A stretch of DNA of 64,000 bases from contig OZ240241.1 in assembly GCA_965198115.1 (NCBI GenBank), positions 3,488,001-3,552,000 on the forward strand. Direction: 5' to 3'. Position numbers and translations under genes: made by a program. The notes beneath the pieces were generated by a model. It was not told the DNA's origin and searched no databases. It saw only the letters and a list, made by a program, of their open reading frames with translations. This stretch comes from Candidatus Latescibacterota bacterium (GTDB lineage: Bacteria; Latescibacterota; UBA2968). Below are positions 22,769 to 34,528 of this stretch, one piece after another. How positions within the stretch are numbered: the first letter of the stretch is position 1; each line of letters opens with the position of its first letter.

Positions 22769-25509
22769 ATGTTCGCCCTCGTGGGTGTCGCAGCTGTCCA
22801 GCCCGTACGGGCCGATATGCCCTATCGACAGGCCAGGGGCGTTATCCACCTGGATTCGACCGTCAGCGGAGGCGACTATTCGCCTCAGGAGATGATTGAG
22901 TTCCTCCGCGAGCACGACGTCGAGGTCGCGCTCTTTTCCGACCACGACACGGTGCGCTGGGACTATGGCTTCTTTCCTTCGCGATGGATCATCGGACGGA
23001 TCACCGGATGGATCATCGGGAAGGCTTTTGGTCGGTCCGGATCTGTTCAATCGTACGGGCCGGAAGACTACGTGTCGCTGCTTGACGAGCTCGATGCCAC
23101 CTACGAGAACATACTCGTTATACCCGGTATCGAAGCGATACCCTTCTTCTATTGGGAGGGCTCGCTCCTCTTCAACACCCTGTCCATACACGACGTTTAC
23201 AAGCATCTACTGGCGTTCGGGTTGGAGGCGGAGGACTATGCCGAAGTCCCGTCTATCGGAGAAGGCTTCCACCGACGCATCGGCCTCTCGACGCTATTGA
23301 GCTTGTGGCCGATCGCGCTCCTCTACGTCGCCTACAAGCTCCACTCGCGCCCGGAAAGCATCGGACGCATTGCGGGCCGCAGTCTGGCCATCATCGCTCT
23401 CGTGTTCCTCCCCAGAACTTTCCCTTTGCTTATGGCACATACGACCAGTATCACGGGAATCAGGGTACGGCTCCCTATCAAGACTTCATCGATCACGTAT
23501 CGGATCGGGGAGGGTTGGTCTTCTGGGCGCATCCGGAAATCGAAGTCGATCGCGTCATTTCCAAGCCTCCACTCAAGGTCCGGATGCGCACGGATGCCTA
23601 CTACAATGATCTACTCTACACGAGCAACTACACTGGCTTCAGCGCATTTTACGAAGGCATGAAATACGTCATCCCTCCCGGTGGCATCTGGGATCGGGTA
23701 CTCGAGCAATATGCCACCGGGATCAGGCCTCATCCGGTCTGGGCAATCGCCGAGGGTGATGTCGAAGGGGATCACTTTTCACCGGAACTGAGTCAAACCG
23801 TCTTCCTCCTCGAATCATTCACCAGAGAGGATGCTCTCCTGGCCCTCGGAACCGGTCGTGTTTTCGCCATCGCAGGGCCAAATGGGCGGTACGCTTCGCT
23901 GAACAGCTTCGAAATGCGGTCGGGTGACGCCGTCGCATACATGGGTCAGACGCTCACGCATGACGGGCCGGTGACGCTCAAGGTTGAGGCCTCTCTCACA
24001 GGTCCGGTCGCGCAGTCACTTCTGACCGTCCAGGTCATAAAAACGGTCGGCTGCTCAAGAGCGAAGAAGGGAAGGGATCCGTAACGATTGAGTTGACCGA
24101 CGAAGACCTTAGGGTTCGCGAATAAATAAAAAACGGTCGATCTCAATGTTGAGCCATTGGCCGGATCGTGTAGTTCCAGTCGCCGTGGAAATCGTGCGGA
24201 GTGAGATCGATTTGGGTCATCTGTTCATCGGTCACCTTGACCCCGTTAGGGTAGGGTCGCTTGTCGATCTCGGAGCGTACTCGGAGACCGGCTTGAGTGG
24301 TTGTTCCGGCAATGAGATTCACGGTTGCAGCCAGGCTGACCAGGGGCTTGCCTCGCCAGTTCATAGCGATGAAGGAGAACAGGCGATGTTCGATCTTGTT
24401 CCACTTACTAGTGCCAGGAGGGTAGTGGCATACGGTGATCGTCAGGCCAGTGCGATTCGCAAAGCGCTGCAGCTCCCACTTCCACAGCCGCGTCTTGGCG
24501 CCGTTGCTGCCGCCTGCGTCCGCCGTGATTAGCAGATGCGTCGAAGTGCCGTAGGCGGGCCGTCCCATGTTCTTCCACCAACTTCGGATCGCATTCACGG
24601 CGAAGCTGGCCGTGTCGTGATCGATACCGACACTTACCCAGCCTTCATCACGGCTCAGATCATACACTCCATAAGGGATCGCCTTGCCCTGAGCAGGCAC
24701 TATGAAATCGTGTACCTTCACACGCTCCGGGTCTCCCTTGGGTCGCCATTCTCGGCCAGGATTCTTGAAGTCGCCGATCAACTCTTTCTTCTTGGTGTCC
24801 ACCGAGATAACGGGAAGGCCCTGCTGCTGCTGCTGGCTAATCCGATCATCGAGGTAAACGAACTGAGCGTCCCGATCCGGGTGTGCAGATCCCTCCCTTG
24901 TCTTCCGATTCGCCTGCAGCGTGTAATCGTGTTCGTGCAGGAGATTGGCAACGATCCTGGGGCTCACCGAATGCCCCATCGCTTGCAACTCGGCGGCCAG
25001 TTTGCGAGTGCTCTTCGATGTCCATCTCAGAGGATTGTCGTCAGGCGACCCCGCAGTCGTTGGCTCGACCAGATCATTCAGGTCCTGCCACAGCGTCGGG
25101 TCCGTGTCGGCCTTCCGCTTACGACCGCCGCCTGGACGCCGGATGCGAGCCGGGTCCAAAGGTTCGTCCGACCTCAACTCCTGAATGCCACGAAAGATCC
25201 GCTCTCTGGACATTCCTGTCGCCAGAGCCACAATCGCGATCCCACCGTGACCCAACGCTTCGGCTTCCGTGGCGGCCCACAGACGACGCGTGCGTTCCGT
25301 CAGCACCGGAGCCAAGGCTTCATACTTCGTTCGGAGAGTTTCGACGTCCACACTCCGAGCGTAAGATCATTACCTTGAAAAGTGCAGCACTTATTTCGTG
25401 GCAAACCCTAACCTCGGGCCGCCTCCACTTTTACCGTGTCGATGTCTACGCGCCCAAACAATCCCGGCTCCTAACGAACCCGATTTTCGTGGATCGCCGA
25501 TCGGGGTAA
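22769..25509 (+). pseudogene. Membrane-anchored PHP-domain protein, frameshifted and interrupted by ISAzo13
   Basis: GVIHLDS..S, FSDHD, IPGIE, GGLVFWAHPE. The C-terminus FYRVDV...LLTNPIFV lies beyond the IS. Confidence 0.72.
24112..25408 (-). mobile_element. ISAzo13-family element; transposase 24143..25351
   Basis: IRRPGGGRK, HPDRDAQF, ISVDTKKKELIG, ITADAGGSNG, PPGTSKWNKIEHRLF, FHGDWNYTI. IRs gggttcgcgaataaataa / ttatttcgtggcaaaccc; flanks TTA/TAA. Confidence 0.93.
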
Positions 25510-25511
25510 CA

Positions 25512-26669
25512 TTGCGTAAGCAACGCATTCTCAATGTCATCACGCGGCTGGAGCGGGGTGGTGCCCCGATGGCTCTTCTCCACACGCTGGAGAGGTACGA
25601 CCGAGGACAGTTCGAAATCCACCTGGCTGCAGGCCGGGCACACGATCGAGCCCTCGATCTGCTTGTCACCGGGCAACCCATTTCGGTACCTCTGAGTTTC
25701 ATCCCCAACCTGCAACGCAACATCCACCCGTTTCGGGATCTGCTGGCAACCCTCCATCTTTTCGTTCTGATTCGACGTGGCCGTTACGACCTCGTGCACA
25801 CCCACACATCGAAAGCTGGATTCCTGGGTCGATGGGCAGCTTGGGCGGCGGGGGTCCCAGCCATTCTGCACTCCTCACACGGAACAATCCTCGAGGGATA
25901 CTTCTCCCCGGCGGTCACCTGGCTTTTCGCAACGCTTGAGAGGCTTACCGCCCGCATTTCGAGTGCCATCATCTGCCTGACCCAGCTCGAGATCTCCCAG
26001 TATCTGCGAGCCCGGGTGGGGTCTCGCTCCCAGTATACCCACGTCTACAACGGCATCGACCTCGAGCGCTTCCGTCCCCGCTCGAGTGCTCGTCAGTCCG
26101 CGAGGAATCGTCTAGCGTGTGGACGCGACACAGTCGTCTACATGACGGTCGGTCGGCTGGTCCCTGTGAAGGGATACGACGATCTGCTTCAGGCTTTTCG
26201 CACAGTGGTGGAGCGGGTGCCCCAGTCAAAGCTGTTCATCATCGGCGAGGGGGAACGTCGTGCCCGACTCGAGCGGCAGGCCTGCACACTCGGTCTGGAA
26301 GAAGCGGTGGAATTCCTGGGTTGGCGAGAGGATGTCGATGACCTGCTCGATGCGTGCGATGTTTTTGTGTTGTCCTCGTTGAACGAGGGGCTTGGACTCG
26401 TAGTGGTTGAAGCCATGGCAAAGAAGCTGCCCGTAGTTGCGACGAGAGTCGGTGGCGTTCCGGAGGTGGTTGTGGAGGGTCGGACAGGCGTTTTGGTGAA
26501 ACCGTCGTCACCGAACGACATGGCCGAAGCGATGGTGGAGCTTGGGTCGAGCCCAGAGCTTCGATCGGCCTTCGGGTCTGCGGGAAGAAGGCGTGCCGAG
26601 AAGTATTTCTCAATTGAGTCGACGGTTCGCAGTACCGAGGCGATCTATGTTTCTCTGTCGAGGCCTTGA
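25512..26669 (+). CDS. GT4 glycosyltransferase
   Basis: ITRLERGGA, DLVHTHTSKAG, VGRLVPVKG, SSLNEGLGLVVVEAMA. Confidence 0.9.
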   Translation: MRKQRILNVITRLERGGAPMALLHTLERYDRGQFEIHLAAGRAHDRALDLLVTGQPISVPLSFIPNLQRNIHPFRDLLATLHLFVLIRRGRYDLVHTHTSKAGFLGRWAAWAAGVPAILHSSHGTILEGYFSPAVTWLFATLERLTARISSAIICLTQLEISQYLRARVGSRSQYTHVYNGIDLERFRPRSSARQSARNRLACGRDTVVYMTVGRLVPVKGYDDLLQAFRTVVERVPQSKLFIIGEGERRARLERQACTLGLEEAVEFLGWREDVDDLLDACDVFVLSSLNEGLGLVVVEAMAKKLPVVATRVGGVPEVVVEGRTGVLVKPSSPNDMAEAMVELGSSPELRSAFGSAGRRRAEKYFSIESTVRSTEAIYVSLSRP

Positions 26670-26671
26670 TC

Positions 26672-27361
26672 GTGATCGCCAGCATTCATCAACCTCAGTA
26701 CGCCCCGTGGCTTGGATACTTCGACAAGATGTTTCGCGCCGATGTGTTCATTCTTCTCGACACAGTGCAGTTCAAGAAGAACGAGTTCCAGAACAGAAAC
26801 AGGATCAAGACCGCCCAGGGGTGGCAATGGATTACTGTCCCGGTTCGATATAGATTCCCTCAACTCATTTCCGAAGTCACGATCAATAACGACGTAAACT
26901 GGCCCCACAAGCATACCCAAGCACTCTTCGCGAATTACACGAAGTCTCCTTTCTTCGAAACGTTGATGCCGGTTTTCGACGACTGGCTATCGAAGACTTG
27001 GTCTTCGATCTCAGATCTGAATAGCTGCACGGTCAAAGTGATCGCCGAGCAACTCGGCGTCCAGACCGAGGTTCGATCGACGGACGGGATGACGCTGTCT
27101 GAGGATCCGACGGGCCGCCTGATCGACATCTGTCGAGCGGTTGGCGCCACGACCTACCTTTCCGGCGCTGGTGGAAGCAGCTATTTGGACGAGCAGCAGT
27201 TCGAAACAGCCGATATCGAGCTTAGATACCAGAGGTATGAACATCCAACGTATGACCAGCTCTACGAAGGTTTCCTTCCCTGCATGTCCGCTCTCGACCT
27301 ATTGTTCAATCACGGCCCATCCAGCCTGGACATCCTTACCGGCCGTGGTGCGAGACCGTAG
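26672..27361 (+). CDS. WbqC-like protein
   Basis: IHQPQYAPWLGYFDK..AD.FILLD.VQF, QNRNRIK, YLSG.GG..Y, MSALDLLFN.G. Confidence 0.9.
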   Translation: MIASIHQPQYAPWLGYFDKMFRADVFILLDTVQFKKNEFQNRNRIKTAQGWQWITVPVRYRFPQLISEVTINNDVNWPHKHTQALFANYTKSPFFETLMPVFDDWLSKTWSSISDLNSCTVKVIAEQLGVQTEVRSTDGMTLSEDPTGRLIDICRAVGATTYLSGAGGSSYLDEQQFETADIELRYQRYEHPTYDQLYEGFLPCMSALDLLFNHGPSSLDILTGRGARP

Positions 27362-27459
27362 CCATCTGTTACGGGACATAGTCACCCTTTTTTGCGAACA
27401 ATTGGAATCGTTACGATCTTGGACTGCAGGGGATCGAACCCTATCACGCGGAGCTCTGA

Positions 27460-29528
27460 ATGAACCAAGCGGAACCGATGCGCATTCTGGCTATCGGGGC
27501 CCACCCCGACGACATCGAATACGGCTGCGCAGGAACGCTCGTCAAGTACCGCCAGCAGGGGCACCAAATCTTCTTGCTTGTCGTTACCGACGGAGCCTGC
27601 AAAGCCGATCCGGTGGTGCGACGAACCGAACAGGAGGAATCGGCTCACATCATTGGCGCCGAGGAAGTCATCTTCGGGGAATTCGCTGATACAGAACTGA
27701 CGTGCTCCCGCGATCTCATCATGTTCATCGAGAAGATCGCCCGCGAGGTACAGCCTGATTTCGGCTTCGTCCCCTATCCCGATGACACCCACCAGGATCA
27801 TCGTGCTCTTGCGCAGGCCGCGATTCCTGCCAGCCGATCGCTGATTAAAAGGCTCTATCCGGGTTTCTCAACGGTGAAACTATAGAATGACAAGGTCATA
27901 GATCGTTCCCTACGCTTGGTTGTGTGTGTAGGACAATCAAAGCGAAGGGGGTGCGACCTATGACCGGGAGCAGATTACTATCGAAACTGCTGAGATTCAA
28001 GGGGTTCCGTGTTGTCAGCTGGTGGTTTGAGGGGAGAAGCTGTTTCGTCATCGCCGTAAAGCCACATAAGAATGGTTGTTGTTGTCCGGAGTGCGGCCGT
28101 CGAGGTAAAATCGTCCGCACAATGCCCCATCCGCGTCGGTGGCGTGACATTCCGGTGTGCGGGTGGAGGGTCTGGCTTCTCTACCATCCTCGGGAGATTC
28201 GGTGTCCTACCCACGGTCGTGTGGTCGAGGAGATTCCGTGGGCGGAGCGGTTCTCTCGGGTGACGTATCGCTTCGAGTATGCCATGCTGCGCTACTGCCA
28301 GACCATGACGCAGAAGGCGGCGTCCGAGTTGCTGCGCATCTCTGCCTCGACGCTGTCGGATCTCCTTCACCGATCCATCACGCGGCTTCGTGAAGGTCAT
28401 CGTATCCGAGGGCTCAAAACCATCGGGATCGACGAGATCTCCTACGCCAAGCGTCACAGGTACGCCACGCTCGTTTACGATCTGGACCGCTCCTGCGTGG
28501 TGTGGGTTGGCCGCGGCAGGGCGCGTAAAACGATCGATCGGTTCTTCACAGAGGCTCTCAGTCCCTACCGGAGATCCAAGATCGAGTGGGCCTGCTGCGA
28601 CATGAGCGAAGCTTGAAGCTTACATCGGAGCCATCCAGGAACACTGTCCGAATGCCAAGCTGGTCCTCGATCGCTTTCACATCGTCAAGGCTCTCAATGC
28701 CGCCGTTGACGAGGTCCGTAAGGACCAGTGGCGTAAAGCTGCCCCGGATGAGCGCAAAGCCATGAAGGGCCTCCGATGGCTCCTCTACCGGCACTCAGCG
28801 ACACGCTCCAGAGGGGATACTCGGACACTCAAAGCACTGGAGAAGGCGAACTACCGAATCTATAGAGCCTGGAGACTCAAGGACGAGTTCGAGCAGTTCT
28901 GGGAATACAAAGCGCCCTGGGCTGCCGAACGCTTCCTGAAATGCTGGACGACGTCCGCACTCAGAAGTCGACTTGAACCCCTGCGAAAGTTCGTCAGGAC
29001 CCTGCGACAGCACTTCTTCGGCGTCCTCGCATTCGTGAACACGCGTCTTACCAACGCCATCGCCGAAGGCCTCAACCGAATCGTCCAAATCGTCAAGAAC
29101 CGAGCCAGCGGATTCCGCACACTCGACGCATTCAACGATATGATCTTCCTTACCGTCGGAGACATAAACATCCCTGAGCAGATTCCGAAGAGGTTCCGCA
29201 CACGCTAACCGCGCCCCCATGCCAGGAACCACGGCACCTTCACCCACTTCATCTCGTTGAGAGATCCGGATATAGCCGATTAAAAACGTGCTTTACTACG
29301 ACGGTCTCTCCACGCAGAACTTCATTCCTAGTTTATGTCGACATCGAAGATGTCTTCGAGACCAAACTCGCCTGTCTCGAGGCTCATCGCTCACAGGTCA
29401 TGAACACCTACATCAAGGACATGTCGATCGTCGACGTCGCACGATCCGCGAATCACTTTAGAGGCATTCAAGGCCGGGTGAAATACGCCGAGGCATTCTC
29501 ACCCCTCAGACTGTTCATCAACATCTGA
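27460..29528 (+). pseudogene. PIG-L/LmbE deacetylase interrupted by ISL3
   Basis: AIGAHPDDIE.G.AGTL, DTHQDH. After the IS: NVLYYD, TKLACLEAHRSQ, YAEAF. Confidence 0.85.
27851..29277 (+). mobile_element. ISL3-family element copy 1; transposase frameshifted
   Basis: CPECG zinc finger, IGIDEIS, CCDMS, LDRFH, TNAIAEGLN. IRs ggctctatccgg / ccggatatagcc; TSD gattaaaa. 7-bp duplication gaagctt near 28608-28621. Confidence 0.93.
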
Positions 29529-29535
29529 GCCAGGT

Positions 29536-30493
29536 ATGGCCATCCCACATTCACGACCTTGCCTCGGTCGCGAAGAAGAAGAGGCTGCGATCGCGGTCGT
29601 TCGATCCGGCCACCTGGCGCAAGGCACACAGGTCGAGGGGCTCGAGAGGGATCTTGCTCGCACTCGCCTGTGGTGCTTCCTCTCGCGTGGCCATCCCCTC
29701 CTACGTCTGCTCAGCCCTTCTTCACGCCGTTCGCTACACTGGTGCCGAACCTGTTCTCGTCGATCTGCCCGAATCGGGCTACAACATCGCCCCGTCAGAT
29801 GTGCCGACCAGTGTCGACGTCGTTATCCTTCCCCATACGTTCGGCGTGGCGGCCTCCTTGGGGTCGGGGTCAAAACGTCCGATCATCGAAGACTGTGCGA
29901 TGGCCCTGGGCGCCACGTCCGGTGGAAAAGCCCTGGGATCGCACGGACCCATCGGCGTCTTCTCGTTCTACGCGACCAAGATGATCTGTGCGGGCGAAGG
30001 CGGCGCCGTGACCACCTCCGACGTAGGCCTGGCAGAGGCGGTCAGGGACCTCCGCGACTATGATGGACGAACCGATGCACGGGTTCGACACAACTATAAA
30101 ATGACAGACCTTCAAGCAGCGATTGCGCGTGTGCAGTTGGGGAAACTCGACGCATTCGTGGCCAGACGTCGGGAACTCGCGCAGACCTACGCCGACCGTC
30201 TCTCCGACCTTCAGATCGACTTGCCCCACTTTGGTCCGGAGGACGTTGCCTACCGATATGTGGTTCGCGTGAACGACGATCCCATCCGGCTGGAGCACGC
30301 GTTCGATAGCGCGGGCGTCTCGGCCCGCCGCCCCGTTCCGACACCCATCCACCGGGTCCTCGGTGATCCGGATTCACGATATCCCAAAACTTCGAACGCG
30401 GTCGATCGCTCACTCTCATTACCTCTTTACCCTGACCTGTCGAGCGCCGAGGCCGATCGCGTGACCTCAGTTGCGAGGGACCTTCTGGCGTGA
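29536..30493 (+). pseudogene. DegT-family aminotransferase with internal deletion and frameshift near 29655
   Basis: IPHSRP, IIEDCA, FSFYATKMI..GEGG, NYKMTDLQAA, SLPLYP. The conserved SGTAAL segment is missing at the shift. Confidence 0.8.
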
Positions 30494-31665
30494 GTCGCCG
30501 AGCCTATGTCCTGCAAGCAGTCACAGCGGTGATCGTCCTCCTCATGCTCGTGGCCAACCTCAAGCGCTGGTTCCTCACGAATCAGCTGACCTGGGCCTAT
30601 ATCGGGATCCTCGCAACATCTCTTACCTTTACGCTCGTCCCGATCGTCCACGCGATCGCAGTGCGTCTCGGGGCCATCGACAACCCGGGTGGAAGAAAGA
30701 CCCACGATTCTCCCACCCCTTTAATGGGTGGCACGGCGATCTTCCTGGGCTACGCCCTCGTCATGATCCTGGGCAAGGACATCCTCAACTTGAGCATCGA
30801 ACTCAAGGCGGTCGCCTGGGGTGGGAGTCTCGTCTTCCTCGTCGGCATCCTGGACGACATCTGGGGGCTCACCGCGCGCATACGGTTGATCGCCCAGCTG
30901 CTCGCTGTCGGTATTCTCATCAAATATGGCGTCTTGCTTTCGTTCCTTCCCGACATCTGGTGGGGCGATCTCGGTGAGATCGCCATCACCATATTCTGGG
31001 TCGTCGGAATCACCAACGCGCTGAACTTCCTGGATGGCATGGATGGCCTGGCCTCGGGTTCGGCCATGATCAACGCTCTGTTCTTCGGACTCGTAGCGCT
31101 CCAGACGGACCAGAGTGTGATGATGCTCCTCTCCCTCGCCCTGGCCGGCAGCTGCCTGGGTTTCCTGCCGTTCAATTTTCGCCGGCTGACCCCTGCCAGA
31201 ATCTTCCTCGGTGACGGAGGAAGCAACCTTCTCGGCTTTACCCTCGCCGGGATTGGCATTTTGGGCAACTGGGGAACGGACAGCCTCGTCGGTCTTGCCG
31301 TTCCGATCCTGATTCTGGGTGTTCCGATCTTCGACACGACGCAGACGACGATCGTCCGCGTCACCTCCGGCAAAGTCAGGACCTTCGGGCAGTGGCTTCG
31401 TTACACCGGTCGCGATCACTTCCACCACCGACTGTCCGACCTCGGAATCGGAAATCGAAAGGCCGTTCTGGTCATCTACCTCGTGAGTATCTGGCTGGGG
31501 CTGGAGGCACTCGTGCTCAAGCACGCCCGGGGGATCGATGCTGTCTTCTCCATCATGCAAGTCGGCATCGTCTTTGCCCTGATCGGTCTCTTCATGGTGT
31601 TCGTGCAAAACCGATATGAGCGACTGGCGTCGGTCAGAGGTATCTCGTCGGACGAAAATGAGTGA
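30490..31665 (+). CDS. WecA/MraY-family polyprenyl-phosphate sugar-1-phosphate transferase
   Basis: RKTH..PTPLMGG, GILDD, NALNFLDGMDGLA, IFLGDGGS, HFHHRL; multiple TM segments. Confidence 0.92.
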   Translation: MSRRAYVLQAVTAVIVLLMLVANLKRWFLTNQLTWAYIGILATSLTFTLVPIVHAIAVRLGAIDNPGGRKTHDSPTPLMGGTAIFLGYALVMILGKDILNLSIELKAVAWGGSLVFLVGILDDIWGLTARIRLIAQLLAVGILIKYGVLLSFLPDIWWGDLGEIAITIFWVVGITNALNFLDGMDGLASGSAMINALFFGLVALQTDQSVMMLLSLALAGSCLGFLPFNFRRLTPARIFLGDGGSNLLGFTLAGIGILGNWGTDSLVGLAVPILILGVPIFDTTQTTIVRVTSGKVRTFGQWLRYTGRDHFHHRLSDLGIGNRKAVLVIYLVSIWLGLEALVLKHARGIDAVFSIMQVGIVFALIGLFMVFVQNRYERLASVRGISSDENE

Positions 31666-31738
31666 AATCTCTTTACAAAGCCTGCGATTCTCTTAGGTTT
31701 AAAGATCACCACTGAATAAAACCGCGATCGAGGGAGTT

Positions 31739-32029
31739 ATGAACAAGTACACGGGATTCGACAAGGATTACGACCAGGAAGTTGTGACGGACACCCAGAC
31801 GGGCGGCAATTTCATCGATTCGGATCGCGAGTATCCGATCGAAACTCGCTGCTGCATCACGGGCGAAGTAACCAAACACAGCTTCTGCCGGTATCCCGAT
31901 CCCGTACGGGGCACCATGATGGTCATGGCGCACGACGTCATGCTGGCCTACTCCCGCGAAGGAGAAAGCCTTACCGCCGGATTCGAGCGTGTGTTGGGGT
32001 CGAGGAGAAAGCTGGAGAGCAGGAAGTAG
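31739..32029 (+). CDS. Hypothetical protein (96 aa)
   Basis: RBS agggag upstream, plausible codon use, GC hairpin downstream (~32060-32085). No recognised family. Confidence 0.6.
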   Translation: MNKYTGFDKDYDQEVVTDTQTGGNFIDSDREYPIETRCCITGEVTKHSFCRYPDPVRGTMMVMAHDVMLAYSREGESLTAGFERVLGSRRKLESRK

Positions 32030-32091
32030 CCTCAACTGTCGCGTAGCCAACGAAACAGAGGGGGTGCGTCGATCCGCATCCCCCTTCGCTT

Positions 32092-32391
32092 ATGGGGCGA
32101 CACCTGGTGGACTGGGTTTTCGTAGGAATCATGGTCGGATCGATCGCCTACCTCGCGTTGATCGTCCTGGCATTCATAGAAAACTATCGCGAGAACAAGG
32201 CTAAGATCGAGCAGACGAGGACCGACGTCGATCGCGTCGACGAGCAACTGCGCGAGTCGGAACACGCGCGCAAGGAAGCCGAGGACCGAGCCAGCAAGCT
32301 CGAAGAAGAAGCGCTTATGTACGAGCAGCAAATCACCGAACTGCAGGGAAAGATTCGTGTGGCCATGCCCGACGGATCGGACATGAACTAA
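32092..32391 (+). CDS. Single-TM coiled-coil hypothetical protein
   Basis: N-terminal hydrophobic helix followed by a charged heptad-rich segment. Start uncertain. Confidence 0.6.
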   Translation: MGRHLVDWVFVGIMVGSIAYLALIVLAFIENYRENKAKIEQTRTDVDRVDEQLRESEHARKEAEDRASKLEEEALMYEQQITELQGKIRVAMPDGSDMN

Positions 32392-34507
32392 GGCTGTCCA
32401 CCCAGAATCATCGCAAAAGCGATGAGGTCCGTGAAATCGACCACCCCATCGCCGTTCAGATCGAACGCACTCCCAAAAACAGGTTCCCCCTCCGCACTCC
32501 CGAACGCATCCGCAAAACTATCCGCATCGCTCTGTCCGCCGACGACGTAGTCTCCATCCAGGTCCCCGGGCGGCGGCGCTTACAGCACGGTAACCTGAAC
32601 CTCACCCGTTACCTGCTCGCCTTTCGCATCTTCCAACACGTAGAAAAACGTGTCAACGCCCTCGAACGTCTCATTGGGGTCGTAAAGGATACCGTTCTGG
32701 ATGACCTGTGCGGTTCCGGATCCGGGCGGTCCTGCCGAAGCCACGAAAATGATGTCGCCATCCGGGTCACTGTCATTGGCGAGTACGTCGACGACGGTCG
32801 ATCGGTCGACGCCCGTCGTTGCGTGGTCGATCATCGCAACGGGTAACGAATTCTGAAAGACATCGACGAAGATCTGGCCGGCCGCGACGCCGCCTTTATC
32901 GTCTGCGAGAAGATAGCCGAAGACGTCCTGACCGATGAACTGTGCGTCAGCCACGTAACGAACGGTTCCGTCGTTCAGCAGCTCCGCGTTGCCCGCCATG
33001 TCACCCGAAGTTACTTCCCGGACCGACAGGATGTCGCCATTCGGATCCTCGTCATTCGCAAGAGCCGAAATCTCGACCGACCTGCCCGCGGAACCCTCGC
33101 CGTGTCGGGTCTGGCGATCGGGTCATCGTTCACGGCGACAATGACGACAACCAGACCCGTGTCGGTCACGGACGAGTCGTCGACGACCACGTATGTGAAC
33201 AGATCTTGCCCATCCATCTGCGCGGGTGGTGCATACTCCACAACGCCCAGCTGCTTGGCCACGACAACGTGACGCTCGCCAGATCCCCCCACTCCCGCCT
33301 ACCGCATCGTCCGCGGTCAGCGTTAGGGATTCCTGGTCGGCCGTAGCGTTGTAGATCAACGAAGTGAAGGCCGCGACCCTCAAACTCGCGTTGACCTGGT
33401 CGTTCGTGAATGATCCCGACGCCTAAGTCGTTATCGTAATGAGGTCGGTGACGTCCTGATCGACCGTGCCCGCCGCGTCTGTCGCCTCCACTTCAGGATG
33501 GGTCGTCAGAACCTGACCGTTGACCACAACGGCCGGTGCCTGCGAGAAAGCCAGCCGATCGGCAATCACGTCTGCGCTCAACGCGCCTGCTGTCGTTGTG
33601 GGAGTAAGGTCGGCCCCCTCCCGTAGCATCGTCGAATGTGACCGTCACCGTCTCACCGTCGGCCGTAGCGGCGTAAGAGAGATTCGTAAAGGTCCGCCAG
33701 AAGGTGTGATCGTCAGCGTGCCGCTGAGCGTGCCCGGACTCGCCGTGGCGTCGAAATCCTCACTGAAATCGATATCGATGTTGCCGTTGGCATCCCTCGC
33801 CGACACGATCGGCTGGGTGTCGAACGTGGTGCCACTCACGATTTCGTCGTTTGCCGTGTCGAACACATTAGCGTCGGCCGGCTCCGTGTCGACGACCAGC
33901 TGCGTAGCCACGATGTCGACGAGAACACTGTTCGCATCGTTCGCCGTGAAAGCCGTACCGAACCCACCACTGCCTGTGAAGGCCCCACCGGCGCCAAAGC
34001 TGAGACGGAAAGCGCGTCCGTCCGCAATCGTATTTTTCATCGTCCCGGTTACGAAGTAGTAGGTCAGCGCTGCGGGAACCTCGTCCGAAAAAGAGAAGCT
34101 GGAAGCGGCGTCGATACCGATCGATGTCTCGGGCAAGGTAGCGACGCTCACCTCATTGCCGTCGAGTGTCGGGCTGACTGGATTTCTGTAGAGTGTCAAC
34201 TGCTGGAAATCCGACTGGGCTATCGTTCCACCGGCGCTGAGATTCTCGATCGTGATGTTCAGGGCAAGGAACGCTGTCGTACATCGCCTGTGAAAGCGAT
34301 GGTCCATACGACCGATTCGCTGCCAGAGCCCACCGAAACGACTCCAGACACCGTTGCGGCATCGTTTGTCATCGTGACGACGGCAACCGATTCGCCTGTG
34401 ACGACAAATAGGAGAACGAGGGCCAACGAGACGAATCCAGGGATTCGCCGGTTGGCTACGGGACCGCCACACCCCGACGATGCGGCGGACAAGCAAGAAC
34501 CCGACAT
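32388..34507 (-). pseudogene. Secreted Ig-like (Big_9/cadherin-like) repeat protein with EF-hand/dockerin-like tail
   Basis: VNDDPIARPD, VDVLANDSDPDGD, Y.P...F.G.D.F.Y; tail GDLDGD...FDLNGDGVVDFTDL. In-frame TAA (32580-32582), in-frame TAG (33423-33425) and several frameshifts. Confidence 0.75.
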
Positions 34508-34528
34508 GGAGGAGAAAGTCCCGACAAT

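Noticed and set aside
18370-31665. Aminoglycoside antibiotic cluster
   Set aside because: No 2-deoxy-scyllo-inosose synthase, resistance or export genes. The WecA-like and WbqC genes point to a surface glycan.
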